Source of the DNA: Rhizodiscina lignyota
Taxonomy: Eukaryota
Length of the DNA stretch: 62,425 nt
Direction: 5' to 3'
Assembly: GCA_010015805.1 (NCBI GenBank)
Contig: ML978139.1
Coordinates: forward strand, 434,001-496,425
This document shows, in pieces, positions 51,808-62,425 of this stretch. Every line of letters starts with the position of its first letter. The stretch's first letter is position 1. Under the pieces are notes generated by a model. The model saw only the letters and a program-made list of their open reading frames with translations, did no database searches and was not told the DNA's origin. The position numbers and the translations under genes are program-made.

Positions 51808-53744
51808 TTATCGGCGGCCATGAACACCCCAATCATCAGCGAAAGGAATCTCTGGCCAAATCTCAATGCCATGCGGCGCATCAACAGCAGTCTTTCCTTG
51901 TGCGTCCCCGAAATAGTCAGCGAAAACTCGCTTTCTTACAAGCTTGCCAGAGAGAGTGCGGGGGAGTTCTTCCTCGGGCTTGAGAACACGTAGGACGAGG
52001 GGCAACATATAATCTGACATGTTGGCCGCCGCGAGGTCTGACCGGATCTTAGCCAGATTGATGATGCCGTCATTTGGCATGTTGGCGATATTCGGCTTCA
52101 ACACCACTGCGCAGAGCTCGCGCACTCGTGTGTTCGGGACACCAACAACACACGCATCCGACACGTAAGGAAGCTCCATCACAGCGTGCTCTGCATCAAT
52201 GGTCGGTATATAGAACTGCTTGAACTGCACATCTAATAGACTATGAGCTGTAATGATCTGACGGGAACGATCGGGAAGCTTACAATCTGAACCTTTCCGC
52301 CCAAAAATAAAGAACTTGCCATTTTCATCGACTTTACCGAGGTCACTAGTCTTGTAGAACCCGTCCTCGTCAAAGGCTGCACGGGTGCTTTCCTCACGGC
52401 CAATGTAACTAAATCGGATTAGAGACACAATAAACAGGCACGATTGTCATGCATATGTGCGTAGACTCACTGTGTCATCATTGTCTTGGACTTGACACGA
52501 ATCTCGCCTAAATCCTCTAGACCCTCTATACCCTCTGGCACGAGCTTCATCTCAGCCCCGGGCCAAGGGGACCCGATGCAGCCCTACGTTCCTCTATGCT
52601 TAGAATATCGATCTTTAAAATCAATTGAGGTGACGTACCGTTGGACCAGAAATCTCACTGGATACAATCATGCCGGTCTCGGCCACAGCATATATGCACT
52701 CAAACGGCTTTCCCGTCAAGTCCACCCAAAACTGTCGCACCGAAGCTTCAATCTGGCGAGAGCCAACCATGATCGAGCGCAGGCCTCGGAACATGGTGCA
52801 ATACTTCTTCCTAGCTCCTTCTGATAGCGTACCAGTCCGGGGATCCGTGATCAAGTCCTTCATATCCTTCAGATAAGTTGGGTAGAACGTAGCGCGGGTC
52901 ACGCGGTGATCGACAAAGGCTTGCATTACATCAGGTACAGGAGCACGCAAGTCGAGGGAGTACAGGATCTTCCCTGAGAGCACAGGCTCAATGAGCGAAT
53001 CCGCTGCGCCGACCCAATGGTACGGACGGTAGTTCAGACTGATACCGTCGGGCTCTGCAAGGCTAAGAGGGACCAAAGCCGTTCGAGGAAGACAAACCGC
53101 CTTTGCATCTCCAGTAGTTCCTGATGAGAAAATTGCGAGTCCAGGACTGTCGTCGTCCAAAGGCAAGTTGTGGTCAATTTTGACATCAATGCGGTCCTTG
53201 TGTTGTGCATCACTGGATATGGGACCTGCCGCCAACGAGATCGGAGAAGCATTCGAATTTGCGAAATCACAGATATTACGCGCTTCTTGGTCGCAGTCTT
53301 TTCCATAGAGGATACATGTCGCCCTGGTTGTTTTCAACCAAAAGTAGGCCTGCTCGGGTAGGATATCGTTTGCTGTGCCAATGACTGCGTCAACAAAGTC
53401 GTGTAAACGTAAACATATGACTTGAATTACTTACCTAACGGTATGGCTGCACCACCGAGGGCGCGAATGGCAAACAGACCAACGAGAAACTCATATCCAC
53501 TCTTGACAACAATAAACATATATGGAGCTTCGTGGTGCAAGAGGCCTCGTTCGTTGAGGGCCAAAGGAGGCAACTTCTGGAGAACAGCGGTGCGCGTACT
53601 CAGGACGTCGGCGACTAAGTCTGCATAGCTCTTCTCGAATCCCATCACATCGTGTACTACAACTTCCATAAAAGGTCTTTGCTGGCTGACGCGAAGCAGC
53701 TGCTTCAGCATGATGTCGGATGGGAAGCTGCACGGAGTAGCCAT
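51808..53744 (-). CDS. Adenylate-forming (ANL) AMP-dependent synthetase/ligase, multi-exon
   Basis: P-loop FSSGTTGDAK, YAVAETG, GFYKTSDLG, GRKG and the C-terminal LPRTLSGKLVR lysine motif. Confidence 0.88.
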
Positions 53745-54139
53745 GGCTGCTGTTCAGTCTACACAATTGGTGAGTGAAACGTACGTAGGAATCGTAACAA
53801 AGCATGAGCAAGAAGAAGCTGTAGAATTTGGATGGGCTCAACAAAAGAGCGGCGTTTTGAGATGCCGAAGACGCGTGCAATGATGAACGCAATCATGATC
53901 AAGGGCAAAAAGCGGTCTGTTTAGATCATTTTAGCAACCTCAGCTGACTGTTCACAAAGCTTCTTAGAAGTAGCGAGCATAGTCACACAGTAGCACGCAG
54001 TATCAGGCCTGACTGGCAGCATCTTGAAGCACTTACAAGGTACTCCCTTCAGCGACGACGCCGCATACACATCTCACAGGGCCTGCGGAAATAGCACATG
54101 TCCCGGGCTAGGCTCTCTTTAACACCCTCGGGTGCAACA

Positions 54140-55320
54140 AGTTAAATTTAGAGGCTTCAAACCAAGTGCAAGTTTCAGGCGCAGCCCAAGAGGTCCTATA
54201 GAGTAACCACTAAGTAAAGTTTTGCGAACAAAGCTTCTCTTAATACTTTTTTAAGTCCGGAGTCAATAGTGAAAATTGAAGAATCTAAAAGCTCTAGTAT
54301 TATATAAAATATAAATAATTAGGTAGGATAGAAAGACTATAACATAGGACGGAGAGAACTTTACCAAAAATTACCCTATAGCGGTAAGACTCTCCTACAA
54401 ACACTTTATCCGAGATATTCGCTGCCTAGAAAATCATCTTACGTAACTCTCTTACCTCTAGGCTACCCTTCCTAATCCCGGTTCTCGCGCGTAGCACTTA
54501 GCCTTACTAACCGCTATGTCTTTACTTCCTAGGATGTAACTATAAATATTGGCTATAACTAGCTTACATTTAAACTAGAATTTCGGAGAGACGGTTCTTC
54601 CTAACCTTGCGAACACCCGCGGCCGCGAGGGCAGTTAAAATCGCGACAACATACTAGTTTAGCGAAACTCCGCGAGAAGATATTCTTTAGCCTAAAGAAT
54701 AGCTAAATCCGTATTATTCGATTAGTATATAGCCTTTAGTATATAGTCTTATTTTAATTGCCCTTTTAGCTGTAGGTATAAAGTATAACGTCGATCTCTT
54801 TTCTAATCCTATTAGCTCGTAGAATACGAGAATTTCCCTAATCGCGTTAGCTAGTATCTATACATATGTTATAAATTAGTGAATAGTTAAGCTAAATCGA
54901 ATACTAATCTCTAAAATTTAGGCTAAATAACAGTATTTTAAACTATAGCTAACCGCTTTAAGAGAGTAGGATTTTTTGAAGATATTTAGATCTTCCTATA
55001 TCTATACATAGATTAACGTCCGAACTTATTAGTAATTGGCTAACTAAAATAGACGACGTTATATATTTTGCCTTACGTAGTTTTACGTAGCTAGGGGTAT
55101 ACTTAATTTCCGAATTAGGGGAGGACTATATATTCGCTCCTCTCTATAGGTATTTACAAAATATCTCGAAAACCTTACGAGCCCCTAAACATATCCTACC
55201 GCCGCATAAATTATAAAACGCTTCTTAGGTTATTTAACAAGGATTAAAGGCTCCGTATAGACGGCTTAGCGGGCCGCTCGCGGTACGCAATCAGTAGGGG
55301 TTAATAGAGTACTAATACAG
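54140..55320. mobile_element. RIP-degraded repeat/transposon relic
   Basis: Abrupt AT-rich stretch, TpA-rich and CpA/TpG-poor, with no ORF of 60 aa or more in the six-frame track. Confidence 0.7.
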
Positions 55321-55560
55321 TCTTTCCTCTTAATACCTTACAGATTCGTAATTAAGATCATCCTATGACTTCCTTATTTAATGTCTTACAGGTTTATTTC
55401 TTAGGTCATCATATTTAGAGCTTTTCAGATTATGTGTTCGTTCCCTTCATACCTTGCAGTTCGTGACTCGGATGATATCATGAGCTTTTCAAACCAGAAA
55501 TCTGCTTCCTTTAATGCCTGCAGGTTCGTGACACAGATCACATTATGCGCTCTTCGAATT
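55320..55560. repeat. Three to four degenerate tandem copies of a ~60-nt unit
   Basis: Recurrent TTAAT(A/G)CCTT(A/G)CAG(G)TTCGT(A/G)A...GATCA...ATGAGCTTTTC-like unit. Confidence 0.55.
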
Positions 55561-55572
55561 GGGTGAGATTGA

Positions 55573-55747
55573 TGAAACATGAACTTTCAAGGCTGAGTGT
55601 AGTCGGTGGAGTATGGCCTAAAAATAGGGTCAGTCACGATTTGTGCTTGGGGGTTCGAACCTGTGAAGCATCAACTTTCAATTGTGAATGCAGTCGGTGA
55701 AGTATGACCTAAAAATATGTCAGTACACGATATATGCTTTGGGGTTT
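55573..55747. repeat. Imperfect tandem duplication (~91-nt period) upstream of the Pictet-Spenglerase gene
   Basis: Two copies of AACTTTCAA...AGTCGGTG(G/A)AGTATG(G/A)CCTAAAAATA...GTCAGT...CACGAT...TGCTT..GGGGTT. Confidence 0.8.
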
Positions 55748-55888
55748 GGAAGACGAGAAGAAGGCATATAAAGCCTTTCAAGTCCGTTGACCATTCGTGC
55801 CTTATCCTCCATAATCATCAAGCACTGTCTACATTGCTACTTCAACAATCTTTGCTGTCCAGCTTTTTCTAGACACTAAGAAGCAGTC

Positions 55889-57024
55889 ATGACCATCACC
55901 GCAAGCCACCGCATCAACGTGAAATGGCCCCAGCTGGGTATTACCGTTAGAGCGGAGATGGATGTGAACACCAATCCACGACTGGTCAACTTGTTGTTCG
56001 AAAACTTGCCCTACCGTTCGCTCCAGAACCATGCTTTAGTTTCCGGAGATCACTTGTACCACTTGGTGCCGACGGAAAAGCTCATTGTAAGTGAAATCCT
56101 TCATACAACAGAATTGCACTCTAGCTAATCACCTCGTCTTTCTACTTTGTAGTACACTCAAGCGGACTTCAAGGTCCCCGACAGGACGACCGAGCCCAAT
56201 GGCACGGTCTTCCTCTCCGGGCTCCAGCATTTGGCCATCAAGTATGGCCCACTGACTGAGTACCTCCCAGCGGCACCATGTGGCTATGTCATTCCTGAGG
56301 ACATGCCCGCCCTTTGTGAAGCTGGCCAGGGAATCTGGAAGGCTTGCAACGAAACAAAGCAGGTTATTGAAGTCATCGTTTGGGATGCTTCTCAGCCGGA
56401 GCCTACCGGGCATCTTCCTCTTATCCTCGAGCGGAAGGGATGCTCCAACGAAGTTGTTAAATTGGTTGAGGCGATTCACGATGAGGTAAGGCCAAATACC
56501 TTGAGTACAGACAACCAGCCTACACATCGCTCACATGTTTTCAACTTCATTAGACTGAAAAATCCTGGTCTGGCATTTCCAACGATCTTAGCCTGGTGCA
56601 CATGGGACTGACACCATCGCGTGCTGGCTCGAAGGGCTCCTACTTCGCGACCATGGTCTTCGCGAACGGAGAGATTCGCCCGCTGGGGTACAACGTCTTG
56701 AACAACATCCTGAAGGTGGCCGTAATGCAGCCGCAGTTTGACATTAAGCATCTCGTAACCCTTTACGAGACGTTCGCCTCCGTTCCCGCCGAGTTTGTGG
56801 GCTACGCGGGTGCTAACTGGTTGTACGCCACTCATCAGAGGATTACCACGCTTCTCAGGAAAACCGTTGTCTCAAATCCTAATGCAGATGATGCCCGTGA
56901 GGACTTCTTGGCCCTAGTCAGCGCCTTTTCCAAATACGTCAACCTGCTTAACGCGCAGAACCTGCATGTATTCCCTTGGAAGCATACTACGGAATATCCA
57001 ATCCCAAGGTGGCTAATGTGGTAG
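55889..57024 (+). CDS. McbB/cucumopine-synthase-like Pictet-Spenglerase, 3 exons, ~333 aa
   Basis: Introns 56087-56152 and 56486-56553. LPYRSLQNHALVSGDHLYHL, GTVFLSGLQHLAIKYGPLTEYLPAAP, RAGSKGSYF...NGEIRPLGY, PAEFVGY and NLHVFPW closely match McbB motifs as I recall them. Confidence 0.88.
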
Positions 57025-57592
57025 AGTCAATTTGGATTGGACTAGGCGGCGCAGAATATGGGTTCAATATTCAAGTTTATAGATCAGGAAGATATTTAGC
57101 TCAAGGAGAAGATAGAAAAATTGTGCTCCATCTATGGTAACTAAACTTTGCTACGAATCTTTGAGCGACAATGGGAGATGGGTCCAATCTTTTAGTATAA
57201 ATTTGCGTTTGATTTAATACACTACTCGTTTGGTACCTACTGTTTTCTAAGAAGATTGATTTGAAAAACTTTAACCTCGTTTGGTACCCTACATACAGAT
57301 TACATACGAAGATTCAAGGATGAAGTCCGAATAAGGTGGGCCAAGCAAGTAATACGGGGAAGCTGCCGAAATGCGAGTAAGCTAAGCCAAACCGAAAGCT
57401 TACGACTTGCGGCGGAAGCGGAATTTCGTCTTACCTAAGTCCCAATGTTTATGCAAGACCCGCCCAGGTGAGACTTCCCTTTTGAGGTGCAATCTCCAAG
57501 TTCATAAGCAAAGAGATCTGCCGTCGCCTAGGAAAATGAATCAGACTATACCAAGTACAACTACGCAAAATATTATTGACTAGTCCGAGAAC

Positions 57593-58133
57593 ATGACATC
57601 TGTTTTCGCAACAATCATCGTGTCGCCTCGTCCCGGCAAAACGGAACGAGTAAGTGCTCCCCATTTCACATTGCTTGCCTATAAAATATCTACAGCGCCG
57701 AGGGAATCTAATAGAGCATCTATGTAGGTCAAGGATCTTCTTTCGAAAGTTGGCAAGCAAGCCGAGGAGACTCTGAAGTCAGTTGTACAGTATCAGCTTT
57801 TCGAGCAAACTGGGAGAGACGGAAAAGATCTGGAAAATGGAAAAATCATTGTGCACATGCAATGTAAGTCATGCCAGTTATACGTGATCTTCCCACCACA
57901 TACGGGGCATCTTGGGCAATAACTCGCTTCTGTGTGCTCTATGGAAGAGAAGAACGTTGTACACGTTGCTGATGGATTCGTTCACAGATGCGAATCTCGA
58001 GGCCGTTCTCGCATACCATACCTTAACTGCCTTCCAAAGCTTCCGAAGCGCTATCGAAGAAGAACAGCTCCTCGCTACTCCACTTGAGGTTCAAATGTGT
58101 AAATTATTTGGGGGATTTGCTGCACGGAGCTAA
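57593..58133 (+). CDS. Small ABM-type (dimeric alpha+beta barrel) protein, 3 exons, ~112 aa
   Basis: Only the last exon appears in the ORF track. Exons 57593-57649, 57728-57863 and 57988-58133 with GTAAGT...YAG introns give MTSVFATIIVSPRPGKTERVKDLL...YQLFEQ...IVHMQYANLEAVLAYH...FQSF. Confidence 0.75.
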
Positions 58134-58312
58134 TCCACGTAAGCCGAGCTGTATTACATATATATATTGAATTCGTCTACGCGGTCCCTTGCTTTCTTCT
58201 TCAGCTTCGTAATATTGGATATACGGTGTTCTCTCTTTCACTACACCACCTTTACTACCGGGGGATCCGTACACGTATCAGGCCTTCACTGGCTCTCACG
58301 ACCGAACAACAT

Positions 58313-59003
58313 ATGATCCCCAGGTTCATAATGACCATTCCGAGAACGGCAAGCCGAAACCTTTTACTTCGTCAAAAAGGGCCTTTGCAACGATTTCTCC
58401 GTACCCTCAGCACCACCCATCCCCCACGACCTAACCCGAAGCGCGTTGACATGCCACGACCGTCAAGTTATTCACTTACTAGAAGGTCATTCTCTGCCGC
58501 AAAATCAGCATCACATAATAACTGGTCGCCACCAAAGGCGGGTGAAGAGTATGTGGAGACTCTCGCAATCGAAGACACTTTACCAATGCAAAATAGGCTT
58601 TATACCACCTTCATCGATAAAGGAGGAAACGAACACAAGATAGCTGTATCAAAAGGTGATAACCTGCTGGACGTTGCACAAGCGAACGATATCGACATTG
58701 AAGGTACGAACTACGAAGCTCCGTCTTTGCGATATTTGCCGCAGCTAAAGCAGAACAGGAGCTTGTCAACGATCATGCGCATGCTCCACGTGCCACGTAA
58801 TAGTTGATGGCGAGGAAATGTATGAAAAAATGACTGAGCCTGACGATAGCGAGAATGATATGCTTGATTTGGCGTTTGGTCTCACCAAGACGTCGAGGCT
58901 GGGCTGCCAGGTTATCATAGACGAGGCACTGGACGGCATAAGAGTGAAGCTGCCTTCGATGACGAGAAACGCGCAAGCTAGCGACTTTAGCAGCCAGAAG
59001 TAG
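58313..59003 (+). CDS. Adrenodoxin-type [2Fe-2S] ferredoxin (Yah1-like), 3 exons
   Basis: Introns 58549-58596 and 58704-58758. [32 protein letters not shown]...[18 protein letters not shown]. Arg-rich mitochondrial-type presequence. Confidence 0.9.
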
Positions 59004-59773
59004 AGATTAGGCCATGGAACGGTGGCGGAGCCGCGGAGCCGTGGCGATTAGGAATTCTGGTGTCCGCCATCGCTGTTTTTTAGGTCGTCATGATCTCAGT
59101 GCAATGAAAACTCATGAAGACGTAGAACTAGCTATGATTGTGAAGTTTACTGTTTATAGTACATACATTCCGCTCCTTGGAGGGGAGTAACTCCAACGAC
59201 CCTCAAAATTAAACGACACATGGTCCGATCACAAAGATCAATGATAGCTTGAGAGTCACTGATGACTCTGCTCTAGCCTCCTTAAACTGACCAGCTTGTC
59301 TAATGCCTCTCGCGGCAAAAGTTAGCTCCATGAAGCCGCTTGTGGCAATCTCGGCGAGAATTCCCTTACGGATGCCCTTGTCCAAAGGCTGCAGTATTTG
59401 GAGAATGATGCCTGCGCCACTCTGGGTGCTGACTACAGGGTGGTACATATTGTATACAAGATGTGGAGCCACATGGTGGAGGGATCTACAATGGCCATCA
59501 TGTCAAGCTGAGTAAAGTAAGCGTTCGACTGATCGACAACGCACATGCGTGTGCATCATCGATCAAATATTTTGTGAGACTTAGACTTAGAGTCCTTGGC
59601 CCCTTTCCGCGGTCTCAACTATTTTCATTGCCGCTTTGACCCCTTAAACGCTGGCCTGTGCGAACATGGGGACACGAATAGACTCTCCTCCGTAGGTATT
59701 TTTCATCAATTTCGTTATAGGTCCTGGATTTTGGAATTTCACATTCGTTCTACCAACAGACAGCCTCGACAAG

Positions 59774-61546
59774 ATGAGCAGCGCCGAAGTCTCGCTTCAC
59801 CATTCCACCCATCAGTTGGTGGTACCTCGAGAAGGAGCTGTGATCTGTACTTTACAGACCAGTCCTTCACAGGCCAGCACTTCACATTATGTATTACTGC
59901 AGCCGTCAGGTCTCGATGCCTTGGTCGATTTCGACGGCGTGGGAGACCCGCTCAACCCGCAAAACTGGTCTTTTTCCAAGAAAGTTAGAATAACGGGGCT
60001 ATGGGCGTTGACGACGTGCTGGATCACGTTGGCCTCGGCCATCTACGCCGCAGGCACGCAGCAGATCAGCCAGGAATTCGAGGTGACTGAAGAAGTGGCC
60101 AACGCCGGGACGAGTCTCCTGGTGTTTGGCTTTGCCATCGGCCCTATGCTCTGGGCGCCACTGTGTGAGCTGTATGGCCGGAAGTGGCCTTCTCTTATTG
60201 TACGTTTCCTTTGTTGTTTTCGCGTCAATGATTTTGCGCCAACTTTTTCTTCAAGCCGTATTTCATTAGCGCCGCTTTCGCCTTCGGCACTGGGGCGGCG
60301 AAAGACATCCAGACGGTTCTCATCACTCGCTTCTTCGCCGGCGTGCTTGGAAGCGCTCCGATCTCCGTCACCGGCGGGGCAATTGTGGACATTTGGGCAC
60401 CGAAGCAGCGTGGAACGCCAATCGTTTGCTACGGCGTCACTCTCGCGGCAGCTCCCACCGTAGGGCCTGTCATCGGCGGCGGCTTGGTTGCCGCCTCTCA
60501 GCACAGTGGCTGGCGCTGGACCCAGTATCTAACGGGCATTCTCATGATGATCCAGTTCTTTGTCGATGCTCTTTTTCTCGACGAGAGTCAACCAGACGTA
60601 CTTCTGACTCGAAAGGCGCAGCGGCTGAGACACGAGACTGGCAACTTTGCCCTTCATTCCAAAGTGAGCAGCCTTACCTTATCTGCCCAGGTAATGTGCG
60701 CTGATGTGGTAAATAAAGCGGGAAGAGTCAGGGCCCTCTATCAATGATCTGGTCAATACCTACCTTGTCCGGCCATTTCAGATGCTTCTCGATCCAATTT
60801 GCCAGTTGTTTACAATCTACACGTCCTTCGTGTTTGGTAGGCTTCTTCCACCCTGAATGCTGTCGATTGATCCGCTGACTTGGATGACAACAGCCATCTT
60901 GTACGCCAGCTTGACGAGCTTTGCAATCGAGTACCAGGAAGACAGGATGTTGGGTCCAGTGGTAGGGGAACTGCCGTTCCTTGCAATGTTGGTCGGTTGT
61001 TTCTTCGCTGCTGCCGCCAACATCTACAACAACAACTACTACACAAAACGCTTCGTCGCCAACAACTTCAAGCCGGTAGCCGAAGCACGGTTGCCGCCTA
61101 TGATGTACGGGGGTTTTACCTTTGCTGGAGGCCTGTTCTTGTTCGGGTGTAAGTGAATGGCATGCCGTCCTTGAATATGCGTACTAATACCACATGGGAT
61201 AGGGACTTCTTCACAGCATGTTTCGAGCCCCTGGCCTTCCATTATTGGCGTTTTCCTGACCGGTTTCGGCTTCACGACTATTTTCCAGGCCGCCCTCCAA
61301 TATTTGGTCGACACATTCACTCTTTATAGCGCAAGCGCCGTCGCTGCCAACACCTTCGTGCGGTCCCTCGCTGCTGGTGCTTTCCCACTCTTCGTGTCGT
61401 CGATGTATAGGAAGCTCGGAATTGACTGGGGCACTACTGTCTTTGCACTTTTTGGCGTTGTCCTGCTACCTGCACCATTCCTGTTTTTCAAATGGGGATT
61501 TAAAATTCGCGCTAGAGGACGGTGGAGCAGACTGTCCACTTTATAA
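59774..61546 (+). CDS. MFS drug:H+ antiporter (DHA1 family), multi-exon
   Basis: Motifs DPLNPQNWS, GPMLWAPLCELYGRK, GPVIGG, GWRW, EARLPP and YLVDTFTLYSASAVAANTFVRS. Confidence 0.9.
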
Positions 61547-61549
61547 TGC

Positions 61550-62330
61550 CTTTCTACCTAGACTAATACTGTATACAACTAGGACTTATTCAAGCGGCCT
61601 AACACGTATGTTCGCTCTAGTTACTATATAACCGCAGGTCGTTTTAGTGGCCGGCGTACGGTCCTCCCCCTAAAACCGTACGTTTAGATCCCTACTAAAA
61701 CCTCATATCGTCTAAAAGTAACTAAACTAATCTACGCCTCCGCGACACTCCCTTTTAACTAGTCTAGCAATGTTAGCGTGCTTAGAGAGTAGTAGTAGCG
61801 GAGAGGGCGTCTTTAAATTACTGCCTTAGTCGCTATACTTAGAGTAGTACTATAAGGTAGTCGTATACGCGGAGTATAGTAGTAGCTACACCCTCCGGAC
61901 TATCGACTAGTACTTGTAGGACTAGTATTACATGTTAAAGTAGGATAGGGCGGCCCTTAGGCAGTTCTTCTTAGATAGTAATAGGCTACTAGCCGCCTCT
62001 AACGCGGACGTTGTCTAGCCTAAGGATAGTATATCTCCAATCTACGGCCTCTTAATATATATAGGCTTTAAGTACTATCTATACTACTCCGACTCTAGTA
62101 ATAATAATAACGATAATAGTAATAGTAATAATAATAATAGAAATAACGATAAAAGCAAAAGTTATAGCTATAACTATAATCGCAGTTATAGGTCTTACTC
62201 TTATAATAATACTAATATATTAAAGTACTACTATACTATATATAGCCTAAAGTTAGGGTACGAATACTATTACCCGCTATATCGCTATACTAAGATATAG
62301 ACTCTATAGGCGAAGAAAGGCTAACTCGTG
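61550..62330. mobile_element. RIP-degraded repeat/transposon relic, including an (AAT)n tract near 62098-62140
   Basis: Strong TpA enrichment and stop-rich sequence beginning immediately after the MFS stop codon. Confidence 0.7.
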
Positions 62331-62425
62331 CCACACGACCGGTTCGAGTCGAACCGATTTGAACCTGCTAACAAATTTAGCGCCGGCAGGATAAGGAGGG
62401 GGTCGGACCGATTTAGGGTTTGGAG

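Noticed and set aside
55573..55747. Repeat pair considered as a CRISPR-like array
   Set aside because: Eukaryotic context, only two long imperfect copies, no unique spacers and no cas genes.
59209..59515. Short ORFs between the ferredoxin and MFS genes as an eighth cluster gene
   Set aside because: No recognisable domain or convincing start and splice signals on either strand.
62328..62425. GGTTCGA/TCGAACC inverted motif resembling a tRNA T-loop or transposon end
   Set aside because: No cloverleaf could be built, and the window ends before a partner terminal repeat could be seen.

Overview
Eukaryotic DNA from a filamentous ascomycete (Pezizomycotina; possibly a Dothideomycete, not determinable here), judged from short GT-AG introns with CTRAC branch sites, RIP-like TpA-rich relics and HET-domain genes. 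Positions 1-42 kb hold ordinary housekeeping and accessory genes: homocitrate synthase, TSC13, BLOC-1 subunit, M28 peptidase, epoxide hydrolase, SDR, enoyl-CoA hydratase, histidine phosphatase, SET protein, sugar porter, methyltransferase and a BBE-like FAD oxidase. This part also contains a small Cys-rich secreted peptide precursor and several pseudogenes. The main signal is a compact candidate biosynthetic gene cluster at ~47.7-61.5 kb with no PKS, NRPS or terpene synthase. It encodes a class III PLP aminotransferase, a KamA-like radical SAM aminomutase, an adenylate-forming ligase, an McbB/cucumopine-synthase-like Pictet-Spenglerase, an ABM-type protein, a divergent adrenodoxin-type [2Fe-2S] ferredoxin and a DHA1 MFS exporter. 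RIP-degraded repeat relics flank and interrupt the cluster. Gene models were spliced by eye and family calls come from recalled motifs, not database searches.
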